From Actinomycetota bacterium (GTDB taxonomy: Bacteria > Actinomycetota > Thermoleophilia > UBA2241): a DNA stretch of 53,462 nucleotides. Below the pieces are notes generated by a model. The model searched no databases, had not been told where the DNA came from, and saw only the letters and a program-made list of their open reading frames with translations. Made by a program: the position numbers and the translations under genes. Location: NCBI GenBank assembly GCA_026392275.1, contig JAPLCM010000149.1:1-53462 (forward strand), written 5' to 3'. Shown one piece after another: positions 30,871 to 39,652 of the stretch (position 1 is the first letter of the stretch; every line of letters starts with the position of its first letter).

Positions 30871-32301
30871 GTGGCGAAGCAGCAGACGGTCTTCACCTGC
30901 GGCCAGTGCGGCCGCCGCGAGGCCAAGTGGCTCGGCCACTGCCCCGACTGCGGCGCCTGGGACTCCTTCGTCGAAGAGAGGTTGATTTCGGCCGGCGGCG
31001 CCGGCTATGGCGGCAGCGCCCGCCGCAAGGCGAGTGACGGGGGCGTCGCCGCAGGCGCCCCCCCCGTGCGCTTGTCCGCCATCGTCTCGTCGGCCCACGA
31101 GCGTTTTTCCAGCGGCATCTCGGAGCTGGACCTGGTGCTCGGCGGCGGGATCGTGCCGGGCTCGCTGGTGCTTGTCGGCGGCGAGCCCGGCATCGGCAAG
31201 TCCACGCTCCTTCTTCAGGTCCTCGACCACGTCGCTGCTTCCGGGCGCCAGGTACTGCTCGTGTGCGGTGAGGAGTCCGCCGCCCAGGTCAAGATGCGCG
31301 CCGAGCGCATCTGCGGCGACCCCGGGGGCATCGCCGTCATCGCCGAGACCGAGTTGGAATCGGTCCTCGCGAGCATCGTGGCCGCCGCCCCGGCGCTGGT
31401 CGTGGTCGACTCCGTGCAGACCATGTATAGCGATGCCTTCACCTCGGCGCCGGGCAGCGTGAGCCAGGTGCGCGAGGCGGCGGGTCGTTTCCTGCGCCTC
31501 GCCAAGGCCACCGACGCAGCCGTGTTTCTCGTCGGCCACGTCACCAAGGAGGGCGCGATAGCCGGCCCTCGCGTGCTCGAGCATGTCGTCGACACGGTGC
31601 TGCAGTTCGAGGGCGACCGGTACCGGTTCTATCGCACCTTGCGCGCCGCCAAGAACCGTTTCGGCTCCACCAGCGAGCTGGGGATCTTCGAGATGACGGC
31701 CACCGGCCTGCAGGGCGTCGCCGACCCGTCGTCCCTGTTTCTCGGCGTCGCGGGGCCGGCCGCTGGGGCGGCCGTGCACGTCACCGTCGAGGGCAGCCGC
31801 TGTTTCGCGGTCGAGGTGCAGGCGCTCGTCAACCGCAGCGAACTGGCCATGCCGCGGCGCGTCGCCGTGGGTCTCGACCGCAACCGGCTGGCCATGCTCG
31901 TCGCCGTCCTCGGCCGTCACGCCAGGCTGCCGTTGTCAACGAGCGATATTTTTGTTACAATTGCAGGAGGAATTCGCATCGACGAACCTGCGGCCGACCT
32001 CGCGGTTGCTCTCGCCATCGCCTCTGCAGAGCGTGACGTACCGCTTCCACCGCGGGTCGCAGCAATCGGGGAGATCAGCCTGACGGGCGAACTTCGTTCC
32101 TGCAGTCAGAGTGAGCGACGTGTCGCCGAAGCCGCTCGTGCCGGCTTCGAACGTATCGTCGTACCCGCCGCCGACGCACGCCGCGCCGGCGGGATATCTG
32201 TGGGTGCTGCCGACCTTGGGGGCGTCCTCGCAACGCTTGTTCGCGAGGGTGCGCCGCCCCAGCCGGCCGCCGGGGCCACGAACGACCACAGGGGGGTTTG
32301 A
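30871..32301 (+). CDS. radA: DNA repair protein RadA/Sms
   Basis: C4 zinc finger, GEPGIGKST, KNRFG, Lon-like C-terminus. Confidence 0.97.
   Translation: MAKQQTVFTCGQCGRREAKWLGHCPDCGAWDSFVEERLISAGGAGYGGSARRKASDGGVAAGAPPVRLSAIVSSAHERFSSGISELDLVLGGGIVPGSLVLVGGEPGIGKSTLLLQVLDHVAASGRQVLLVCGEESAAQVKMRAERICGDPGGIAVIAETELESVLASIVAAAPALVVVDSVQTMYSDAFTSAPGSVSQVREAAGRFLRLAKATDAAVFLVGHVTKEGAIAGPRVLEHVVDTVLQFEGDRYRFYRTLRAAKNRFGSTSELGIFEMTATGLQGVADPSSLFLGVAGPAAGAAVHVTVEGSRCFAVEVQALVNRSELAMPRRVAVGLDRNRLAMLVAVLGRHARLPLSTSDIFVTIAGGIRIDEPAADLAVALAIASAERDVPLPPRVAAIGEISLTGELRSCSQSERRVAEAARAGFERIVVPAADARRAGGISVGAADLGGVLATLVREGAPPQPAAGATNDHRGV
31933..31961 (+). promoter_or_regulatory. Intragenic sigma-A promoter inside radA, probably for carD
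   Basis: TTGTCA-N17-TACAAT with an extended -10 TG, in an AT-rich patch of an otherwise GC-rich CDS. Confidence 0.7.
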
Positions 32302-32843
32302 GTACGTTGTATTCAGTCGGTGACAAGGTCGTCTACCCGCATCACGGTGCGGGCAAGATCATGAAGATCGAGCAGAAAGAAGTGCTCGGCCAGCAGCGCG
32401 ACTACCTCACGATCCAGATCCTGCACAACGACATGACCGTCATGGTGCCGGTCGAGAACGCCGATCGCGCCGGCCTGCGCAAGGTCGTCGAGGCGGACGT
32501 CGTCGATCAGGTCCTCGAGGTCCTGCGCGGCGACCCCACCAGGATGCCCAAGAACTGGAGTCGTCGCTACAAGCACAATCGCGACAAGCTCAAGACCGGC
32601 GACATCTTCGAGGTCGCCGAGGTCGTCCGCAATCTCGCGATCAGGCACGCCATCAAGGGTCTCTCGACCGGCGAGAAGCAGATGTTCTCGAAGGCGAAGA
32701 AGATCCTCGCCAGCGAGCTCATGTACGCTCGCGACTTCGGCGAAGACCAGGCCAACGCCTTCCTCGACGAGGTGCTCGAGAACATCCACCTCGATGAGCC
32801 TGCCGTTGTCGACGAACCCCTCGAGCCGGCCACCGTCGTCTGA
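32298..32843 (+). CDS. carD: CarD family transcriptional regulator
   Basis: YSVGDKVVYPHHGAG, NWSRR, EVAEVVRNL, LSTGEK; TTG start at 32298 or 32307. Confidence 0.95.
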   Translation: MSTLYSVGDKVVYPHHGAGKIMKIEQKEVLGQQRDYLTIQILHNDMTVMVPVENADRAGLRKVVEADVVDQVLEVLRGDPTRMPKNWSRRYKHNRDKLKTGDIFEVAEVVRNLAIRHAIKGLSTGEKQMFSKAKKILASELMYARDFGEDQANAFLDEVLENIHLDEPAVVDEPLEPATVV

Positions 32844-32880
32844 CGCCGGCTCAGCCGGCCCGGCTCGCAAGACCAAGGGC

Positions 32881-33933
32881 GTGCTTGCCCCTGCGGTCCG
32901 CGGGCTGCTGGCCCTGCTCGGCGCTCTCGCAGGGTACCAGATCGCGGAGAGCCTGCGCACCTCTTCGTATGCCCCGGATCTCGGGCAGCCCGGCAAGATC
33001 CTCTGGCTGCTCGCCTTCACCGCCGCAGGCCTCGTGCTCGGCTACATTTGCGGCATCCTGCTGTCGCGCGCCGTCAGACGCGGCCTCGACCACGTCGACG
33101 AGATCATGGAGGGCGCCACCGGCGCCGAGGTGGTCGTCGGCATCGGGGGCGTGGTCGTCGGGCTCGTCATCGCTACGCTCATCAGCATCGCCCTCGTGCG
33201 CATCCCGCTGGTCGGCGTGTATCTCACCGTGCCGATCTACCTCCTCTCGGGTTACTTCACGGCCTATCTTGCGGCCAAGAAGCACGTCGAGATCCTCAGG
33301 CTGCTCGGGTTGCGTGGCGCCTTCGAGGGGTTGCCCGGGCTCACCCCCTCCAAGCTCCTCGACTCGAGCGCCATCATCGACGGCCGGATCCTCGACATCG
33401 CCACGACGGGGTTTCTCGAGGGCGAGATGCTCGTGCCGCGCTTCGTCGTCGAGGAACTGCAGCACCTGGCCGACTCCGCCGACGCCGAGAAGCGCGTGCG
33501 CGGGCGGCGGGGGCTCGATTTCGTGCGCCGTCTTCAGAGCGGCTCTGGAACCGTGCGCATCGACGACAGAGACTACGCCGATCTCAAGGCCGTCGACGCC
33601 AAGCTCGTGCGTCTCGGCCGCGATCTCGGGGCGATGATCGTGACCACCGACTACACGCTCAAGAAGGTCGCCGAGATCCAGGGCGTCCAGGTGCTCAACG
33701 TCAACGACCTCGCCAACTCAGTGAAGCCGGCCGTCCGGCCCGGCGAGGTCATCGAAGTCAAGATCCTGCGCGAAGGCCGCGAGCACGACCAGGGCGTGGG
33801 CTATCTCGACGACGGCACCATGATCGTCGTCGAGTCGGGCGCGCTGCTCGTGGGCTCGCGCGTGAAGACCGAGGTGACGAGCGTATTGCAGAGCCCCTCG
33901 GGCAAGATGATCTTCAGCCGGGTGGTCAGCTAG
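32881..33933 (+). CDS. PIN/TRAM domain membrane protein (YacL-like)
   Basis: N-terminal TM helices, LDSSAIIDGRI, RGRRGLD, QGVGYLDDGTMIVVE. Confidence 0.93.
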   Translation: MLAPAVRGLLALLGALAGYQIAESLRTSSYAPDLGQPGKILWLLAFTAAGLVLGYICGILLSRAVRRGLDHVDEIMEGATGAEVVVGIGGVVVGLVIATLISIALVRIPLVGVYLTVPIYLLSGYFTAYLAAKKHVEILRLLGLRGAFEGLPGLTPSKLLDSSAIIDGRILDIATTGFLEGEMLVPRFVVEELQHLADSADAEKRVRGRRGLDFVRRLQSGSGTVRIDDRDYADLKAVDAKLVRLGRDLGAMIVTTDYTLKKVAEIQGVQVLNVNDLANSVKPAVRPGEVIEVKILREGREHDQGVGYLDDGTMIVVESGALLVGSRVKTEVTSVLQSPSGKMIFSRVVS

Positions 33934-33948
33934 CCGCGCCGGACAGAG

Positions 33949-34683
33949 ATGACGGGGGGTCTCGAAGTGGAGGAACAGCAGTCCGAAGAACTCTGGGTCA
34001 TCGTCGCCGCGGCCGGGGAAAGCCGCCGCATGGGCCTGCCTGACGGCGAGTCCAAGCAGTTCCTCAAGCTCGGCGGCGAGCCGATCCTCAATCACTCAGT
34101 GCGGCGGCTGCTGGCCATGCCGCAGGTCCACGGCCTCGTGGTGGTGCTGCACCCGTCGCACACGGTGCGCTTCGCCGGCGAGCTGCTCGCCTTCGACGAC
34201 GCCAAGCCTCTGCTGATCGCCGAAGGCGGTCGCAAGCGCTCCGACTCGGTGCGTGCCGGTCTGCTCGAGGTGCCGGCGTCGGCGGCCGTCATCGCCGTCC
34301 ACGACGGCGCCCGGCCGCTGTTCTCCCGCCATGTCTTCGAACGCTGCATCGCGGCGCTCGCCGACGTCGACGGAGCAGTCCCCGGCATCGAGGTCAGCGA
34401 CACCCTCAAGCGCGCCGACCTCACCGGAGCCGTCGCGGCGACGGTCGACCGCAGCGGCCTTTGGGCCGTGCAGACGCCGCAGGTCTTCAGGGCTGCCGTT
34501 CTCCGCGACGTGTACTCGCGCGTCGATCTCGACGGCGCCACCGACGACGCTACGCTTCTCGAGACGGGCGGCTACAAAGTCGGCCTCGTGGTGTCCACGC
34601 CGGCAAACGTCAAGATCACCACGCCGACCGACCTCCCGCTGGCCGGCGCGTTGCTCTCGTGGGAGGTCGAGGCCGACGTTTAG
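33949..34683 (+). CDS. ispD: 2-C-methyl-D-erythritol 4-phosphate cytidylyltransferase
   Basis: AAGESRRMG, KQF, HDGARP, QTPQVF, TDDA, KITTPTDL. Confidence 0.95.
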   Translation: MTGGLEVEEQQSEELWVIVAAAGESRRMGLPDGESKQFLKLGGEPILNHSVRRLLAMPQVHGLVVVLHPSHTVRFAGELLAFDDAKPLLIAEGGRKRSDSVRAGLLEVPASAAVIAVHDGARPLFSRHVFERCIAALADVDGAVPGIEVSDTLKRADLTGAVAATVDRSGLWAVQTPQVFRAAVLRDVYSRVDLDGATDDATLLETGGYKVGLVVSTPANVKITTPTDLPLAGALLSWEVEADV

Positions 34684-35149
34684 GGTAGGGAGCGGCTACG
34701 ACGCACACCGCTTCGCCGACGGACGCCGTCTGGTGCTCTGCGGGGTCGAGATCGATCACTCGCAGGGCCTGGCCGGCCACTCCGACGCCGATGTCGGCGC
34801 CCATGCGCTCATGGACGCCTTGCTCGGCGCTGCCGGGCTCGGCGACATCGGCGACGCGTTTCCTGATACGGATCCAGCGTTCGCCGGCATCTCGAGCATC
34901 GAGTTGCTGCGCCGCGTGATCGGCCGTCTGGCCGAGAGCGGCTGGATGGTCGCCAACGCGGACGTGACGCTCGTCTGCGAGCGGCCTCGCCTGTCGAGCT
35001 ATAGGTCCGCGATGCGGGACGTGCTCGCGAGCGCCCTGGGGGTCGCGAACGATGCGGTCAGCGTCAAGGCGACGACCACCGAAGGCATGGGGTTCGAGGG
35101 CCGCGGTGAGGGCATCGCGGCTCTCGCGGTGTGCCTGCTCACCCGTTGA
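34676..35149 (+). CDS. ispF: 2-C-methyl-D-erythritol 2,4-cyclodiphosphate synthase (no canonical start codon)
   Basis: RVGSGYDAHRF, HSDADV, GDIG..FPDTD, KATTTEGMGF.GRGEGIAA; ACG occupies the Met1 position. Confidence 0.93.
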   Translation, partial: TFRVGSGYDAHRFADGRRLVLCGVEIDHSQGLAGHSDADVGAHALMDALLGAAGLGDIGDAFPDTDPAFAGISSIELLRRVIGRLAESGWMVANADVTLVCERPRLSSYRSAMRDVLASALGVANDAVSVKATTTEGMGFEGRGEGIAALAVCLLTR

Positions 35150-35153
35150 GCGA

Positions 35154-35179
35154 CGACGGCCCGCCGTGGCGGGCCGTCG
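35154..35179. terminator. Hairpin between convergent ispF and tatA
   Basis: CGACGGCCCGCC-GT-GGCGGGCCGTCG perfect inverted repeat. Confidence 0.6.
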
Positions 35180-35197
35180 GGGTACTCACGATCGACC

Positions 35198-35416
35198 TCA
35201 GGACTTGTCGGTGACGTCACCCTTCTCCAGCTTGGCGGCGTCGCTCTTTGAGGGCTTCTCGTCGTCGTCGTCGGGAGCGTCTTCCTGGAGGCCTGTCTTG
35301 AACCCGCGGATGCTCTGACCCATCGACTTGCCCAGCTTGGGCAGGCGTGTAGCACCGAAGAGCAGGAAGACGATGACAAGGATGGCGCCGATCTCCAGAG
35401 GGCCGATGTTCGGCAT
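35198..35416 (-). CDS. tatA: Twin-arginine translocase subunit TatA
   Basis: IGPLEI...LLFGATRLPKLGKSMGQSIRGFK. Confidence 0.93.
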   Translation of the reverse strand: MPNIGPLEIGAILVIVFLLFGATRLPKLGKSMGQSIRGFKTGLQEDAPDDDDEKPSKSDAAKLEKGDVTDKS

Positions 35417-35496
35417 GTCACTCTCCTCAAGTGCTCGCCGCGCCCACTGCGGTCGGCGGCGGGATTGGGCAGGATTCGCAAGGTGGACCTGATGAC

Positions 35497-35525
35497 ACTC
35501 TACGGCCTGCAGGGAGGGTTATCAA
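35497..35525 (-). promoter_or_regulatory. Sigma-A-like promoter for tatA
   Basis: Minus strand TTGATA-N17-TAGAGT. Confidence 0.55.
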
Positions 35526-35570
35526 GATGCGTGCGGCGCAAGCTCGACCTGGCACCCGGGCTTGACGGTG

Positions 35571-36695
35571 CTAGTAGCGCCGCAACGAGTCGAGGCGCAC
35601 GGCGAGAAAGCGCGCGAGACCGGCTCCGTCGCCCAACCCGAATACGTGCTGGTGAGGCAGGTTCGAGTCGGTGACGATCGCGATCGTCTCGCCGGGACCG
35701 CAGAGCGGCTGCGCGTGGCCGGCGCCGACGCGGAACAGCTCGACGCGGTGCGGAGCCGTGCGCTTGTAGCCCTCCGCCACGACGAGGTCGAAGTCGGCGA
35801 AGAAGCGGCGCGCGATGTCGGCGAGCGGCATCTCGCCGTCGAGCTTGGTGATGAAGGCGAGCCGCTCGGGCGATGCTATGGCATAGGCATGGGCGCCGGC
35901 CTGGCCGTGTCGCCAAGAGTCCTTGCCCGGATGGTCGATCTCGAAGCTGTGCGCGTCGTGCTTGACCGTGCCGACGCGCAGGCCGAGCTTGACGAGCTCC
36001 GGCACGACCTTCTCGATCAGCGTCGTCTTGCCCGAGTCGCTCTTGCCGACGATGGCGACGAGCGCCGGCTGGGCCGCGGCGCCATCTTCCGGCGTGTCGC
36101 TGCTTTCGGCCGCATGGCGGCGCGCTTCCTGGTAGTCGTCCATGGTGTTGATGTTATGAAACAGCGAGTCGTCAGGGAAGCGCACCTCGGCGGCGTCGAG
36201 CGACGTGAGGACTTCGACGATGCGGTGCCGACCCGCCTCGAGCAGCGTCGTCATCGGCGCCAGGCAGGCAAGCCCGTAGACGGCGAACAGCGGTTGATGG
36301 TACTCGTGCCCGATGGCCGGGAGCGCGAGGTCGTGGCCGGGGAAGGCCGCGATCACGCGCTGCAGGGCCCCCGCGTCGGGAAAGGCGGTGTCGGCGGCAA
36401 GGGCGAACACGGGCTGCCGGTAGCGGTCAAGAGCGGCGGCGATGCCCGCCAGCGGCGACCCGCCTGGCCAGGCGTCGTGCACGACGTCGGCGTCGCCCGC
36501 GTCCCCGAGGTCGAGCGACTGGCCGGCGCCCAGCGAGACGGCGACGGTTGGAAAGACGCTGCGCAGGAAGGCGACGTTGCGCAGCAGGACCGTGCGACCG
36601 TGCAGCACCAGAAAGCGTTTGTCTACGCCGGCGCGGCGACCACTCCCGCCGGCGAGGAGAACGCCGATCGTGACCTTTTCATTGTGGAACGTCAT
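35571..36695 (-). CDS. mobAB: MobA-MobB fusion (molybdenum cofactor guanylyltransferase + MGD biosynthesis protein B)
   Basis: LAGG..RR.GVDK, PLAGI, FHNINT (MobA); GKSDSGKTT, VKHDAH, GKDS, VAEGYK (MobB). Confidence 0.9.
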   Translation of the reverse strand: MTFHNEKVTIGVLLAGGSGRRAGVDKRFLVLHGRTVLLRNVAFLRSVFPTVAVSLGAGQSLDLGDAGDADVVHDAWPGGSPLAGIAAALDRYRQPVFALAADTAFPDAGALQRVIAAFPGHDLALPAIGHEYHQPLFAVYGLACLAPMTTLLEAGRHRIVEVLTSLDAAEVRFPDDSLFHNINTMDDYQEARRHAAESSDTPEDGAAAQPALVAIVGKSDSGKTTLIEKVVPELVKLGLRVGTVKHDAHSFEIDHPGKDSWRHGQAGAHAYAIASPERLAFITKLDGEMPLADIARRFFADFDLVVAEGYKRTAPHRVELFRVGAGHAQPLCGPGETIAIVTDSNLPHQHVFGLGDGAGLARFLAVRLDSLRRY

Positions 36696-36810
36696 CTCGG
36701 GGCGAGTCTACTCGTCCGCAGGAGACCGTTCTCCGGAATCCTTCGCGCGAACCCGTCCAGGAGCTTGGCCCTGGGCCGCCGCCGCGGGGCCGGCCACGGC
36801 CGGGCAAGGC

Positions 36811-38133
36811 TCAGCTCACGTGGATGTCGAGTGGCTCGGGAGGCGGCGCCAGGCGCGCCGTGAGGGCTGGCCAGCGAAGGCGCATATTGTGCAGTGGCGT
36901 GCGCTTGAGCACGGCGAAGACCGCCCAACCGACGAGGAAGCCGATGGCCAGATCGCTGGTCGCCGCGGCGACCAGCGCGATGAGCAGCGCACAGACGATA
37001 TCGTCCACGTTGGTGAGATCCGTGAGCAGCAGGCAGTGCTCGGCGCCGACGAAGAGCAGCATGCCGGCGAGCACGGCCCCCGGGATGAAGAGCGGCGAGA
37101 GGCCGAAGGCGGCGCCCGCGGCGAGAGTGGCGTACAGGCCGGCGGCGGCGAGCGTGGCGCCTGCCGTCCGCGCGCCGAGACGATAGTGGGCGGTCGCGCC
37201 GCCCGAGCCGTGGCAGAGCGCCATGCCGCCGAGCAGTCCCGTGGCGAGGTTGACGAGGCCGAGGCTCAGGCAGATGCTCGCCGGCGTGACCCGTCGCGCG
37301 GCGCTCCCGTAGTAGTGGTGCAGTACGTCGTCGGTGGCGAACACCGAGTTGCCCAGCGACAGCGGAAGCTGCGGCAACACGACGGCGAACAGGGCGATCC
37401 AAGCGTCGTGCAGGCTCGGCAGGTGCAGGAGGGGCAGCTGGGCGCTCGCTGGGACGGGCGGGAGTTTGGCGATGCCGGTGCCCACGAGCACGATCCCGAC
37501 GACGGCTCCCGCGCCGAGGACGAGCAGGCTGCCGGGCAGACGCTGCCGCTCCCGCCCGATGAGCAGGAAGGCGACGATCGCCAAGGCCACGATGACGCCG
37601 GCGCTGAGCGTGAGCCCACCGACGCTCAGACCGACGCGGAGGCCGGGGAAGGCGCTGGCGGCTCCGGCCATGACGAGAGCGCTCTTGAGGAGCAGGATCC
37701 CGATGGCGAGCTGGATGCCGCGCACGACGGCCCGCGGAAAGAGGCGCCCCAGGTGACGCGCCAGGGGGGTCACCGCGAACAGCAGCAAGAGAAGACCGAT
37801 CTCGAGACCGGCGGCGCTGACCACCGAGGCCGAGAGGCCGAGGGCGATGATCGCCGCCGCCATGGCCTTCATCGGCTGCACGGGGACGGGGACGCGGAAC
37901 GCCAGAGCGGTGACGGCATACACGGCCGCGACGCACACGAAGACGGTGACGAGGCTCAAGTGGGCTACGGCTGCGACCCCGCAGGCGAGAGGGATCATGA
38001 TGCCGATGTCGGCGACGCCGCCGGCGAGCTCGTGGCGGTCGAAGCGCACCGGCAGGAGGCCCGCGCGGGACGACCCGACTTGCCGGGTCGCGGCAGCGCG
38101 ATCATCCACGACAGAACGCGCGAAGAAGCGCAT
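36811..38133 (-). CDS. Putative molybdate/sulfate transporter (MOT1-like)
   Basis: ELAGGVADIG, PVPVQPMKA, PQLPLSLGNS, CHGSGG..AHYRLGART; multiple TM helices. Confidence 0.85.
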   Translation of the reverse strand: MRFFARSVVDDRAAATRQVGSSRAGLLPVRFDRHELAGGVADIGIMIPLACGVAAVAHLSLVTVFVCVAAVYAVTALAFRVPVPVQPMKAMAAAIIALGLSASVVSAAGLEIGLLLLLFAVTPLARHLGRLFPRAVVRGIQLAIGILLLKSALVMAGAASAFPGLRVGLSVGGLTLSAGVIVALAIVAFLLIGRERQRLPGSLLVLGAGAVVGIVLVGTGIAKLPPVPASAQLPLLHLPSLHDAWIALFAVVLPQLPLSLGNSVFATDDVLHHYYGSAARRVTPASICLSLGLVNLATGLLGGMALCHGSGGATAHYRLGARTAGATLAAAGLYATLAAGAAFGLSPLFIPGAVLAGMLLFVGAEHCLLLTDLTNVDDIVCALLIALVAAATSDLAIGFLVGWAVFAVLKRTPLHNMRLRWPALTARLAPPPEPLDIHVS

Positions 38134-38138
38134 CCCTC

Positions 38139-38273
38139 ACTCCTTTCCAAACACGAGGAGGTCCGCGCGTTTCCGCCGCGGGCCCACGACAGCGCGCTCG
38201 GCGCTGCCCCATGGTCTGTCCATGGTACGGCCCGGCGCCCATAGCTGGTGCCGTAGGGCGAAGGGCTTGGAGT
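38139..38273 (-). ncRNA. Moco RNA motif (molybdenum cofactor riboswitch)
   Basis: Minus strand ACTCCAAGCC..CCT..TATGG..GGCCGT..GGAAAC..CCTCCTCGTGTTTGGAAAGGAGT matches the moaA-leader pattern; P1 ACTCC/GGAGT sequesters the SD 5 nt before the ATG. Confidence 0.85.
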
Positions 38274-38589
38274 AGGACTGACCGAAGACTAGCACCGCTT
38301 TCCCCAACGGCGCCACTGATCGCATCGCGGCCGAACAGCCTCGCGATGGAATCGCGCCGCTCGTGACGGCGCGCGTCGCGACGGTGAAGTGCCCATGATG
38401 TGGATGAGGGTGTTCGCATGGTGGACGGCCGACGCGAGTCTGCGGGGCCACGGTGCGGTCGTTGAGGTTGGGGCCAGGAGCGGAGGTCAGACAAGCATGG
38501 GTCGGGTCGACGGCAAGGGCCTCCGCGTGACTTCCATCGGCCCGCATGTCGACCAGAGCGGCTGGGGGGAAACGACGCCCGTCCGCGCG

Positions 38590-38680
38590 TCCATCGCGGG
38601 CATCGGCGCCGGCCTCATGGGACATGGCATAGCTCCGGTCTTCGCCTGCGCCGGCCACCCCGTGGCGGTCACCGCGGAGA
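38590..38680 (+). pseudogene. Remnant of a 3-hydroxyacyl-CoA dehydrogenase N-terminus
   Basis: SIAGIGAGLMGHGIAPVFACAGHPVAV Rossmann motif only; the rest of the domain is absent. Confidence 0.6.
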
Positions 38681-38873
38681 CCGGCCTTGACGAGACCCTG
38701 GCGGCTTCGCGCCGCTGCGTCGCGCTCTCCGCCGAAGGCGACTGCACATCTTCACCACGGGCGGGTACGCTCACACGGCGGGTTCAGCGGCGGAGAAGCC
38801 GGAGTTACACGCCGCCTCACGTGCTTGCGAGCGAACTGGCCGAGGTGCTTCTCGTCGGAGCTGGAGGCGCCGC

Positions 38874-39488
38874 CTAGAGGGGACGAAGGATCCGCGCCTC
38901 GGTGACGACGGCGCCGACGGCGAGGTCGTGCGGCTCGCAGGGCAGCTCGTCCACAAGCTGCGCCTCGAAGGCCAGCGCCACCCACGGGATGCCTGGGCGC
39001 GTGCGTGCCAGATACGTGTCGTAGAAGCCGCCGCCGTAGCCGCAGCGCCGTCCGGCGGCGTCGAACGCGGCTCCCGGCACGACGACCACGTCCATACGCT
39101 GCGGAGACACTTCCGCGAGTCCGTCGCGCGGCTCCGGGATGCCCCAGGAGCCGGGGACAAGGTCTGCCGCGGGATCCGTGATCAGGTAGGCGGCCATCAG
39201 CCGTGGGGCCAAGATTCGGGGTGCGCACACGGTCTTGCCTGCCGCCGACGCCCAGGCGAAAAGGGCCGTCGTCTCGACCTCGCTACGGAATGAGGCATAC
39301 AGCATGATGGTGGCGGCGTCAGCCAGCTCGGGGAGGGCGGCGGCGCGGGCGCAGACCTGGGCGCTGAGCAGGGCACGTACCGCGTCCGGCAGAGCGTCGC
39401 GCGCGGCCAGCGCGCGCCGCCGCAGCTCGAGCTTGGCGCCGGGGGGTTGCGGCCTCGAGCCCGCCTTGTCACGTCGTTCGGCAGTCAT
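38874..39488 (-). CDS. 5-formyltetrahydrofolate cyclo-ligase
   Basis: SFRSEV, WGIPEP, VVPGAAFD..G.R.GYGGGFYD, EPHD. Confidence 0.93.
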   Translation of the reverse strand: MTAERRDKAGSRPQPPGAKLELRRRALAARDALPDAVRALLSAQVCARAAALPELADAATIMLYASFRSEVETTALFAWASAAGKTVCAPRILAPRLMAAYLITDPAADLVPGSWGIPEPRDGLAEVSPQRMDVVVVPGAAFDAAGRRCGYGGGFYDTYLARTRPGIPWVALAFEAQLVDELPCEPHDLAVGAVVTEARILRPL

Positions 39489-39652
39489 CCTGCCCTTCGT
39501 CCCGTCATCAATCCTGGCAACGCTAACGCCCTGAATGTCCCCGGACAGCGTCTCCTTCCTCTATAGTATAGGCGCGCAGTCGCCCGGCGGGCTTCCGGGT
39601 CTCGCGCTGAGACGAGAGGGAGCCGCCGGCACGAGGCCGCGCGGGCGAGAGG

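Noticed and set aside
39489-39652. Possible 6S RNA upstream of 5-formyl-THF cyclo-ligase
   Set aside because: A short divergent promoter region with no long rod-like complementarity visible
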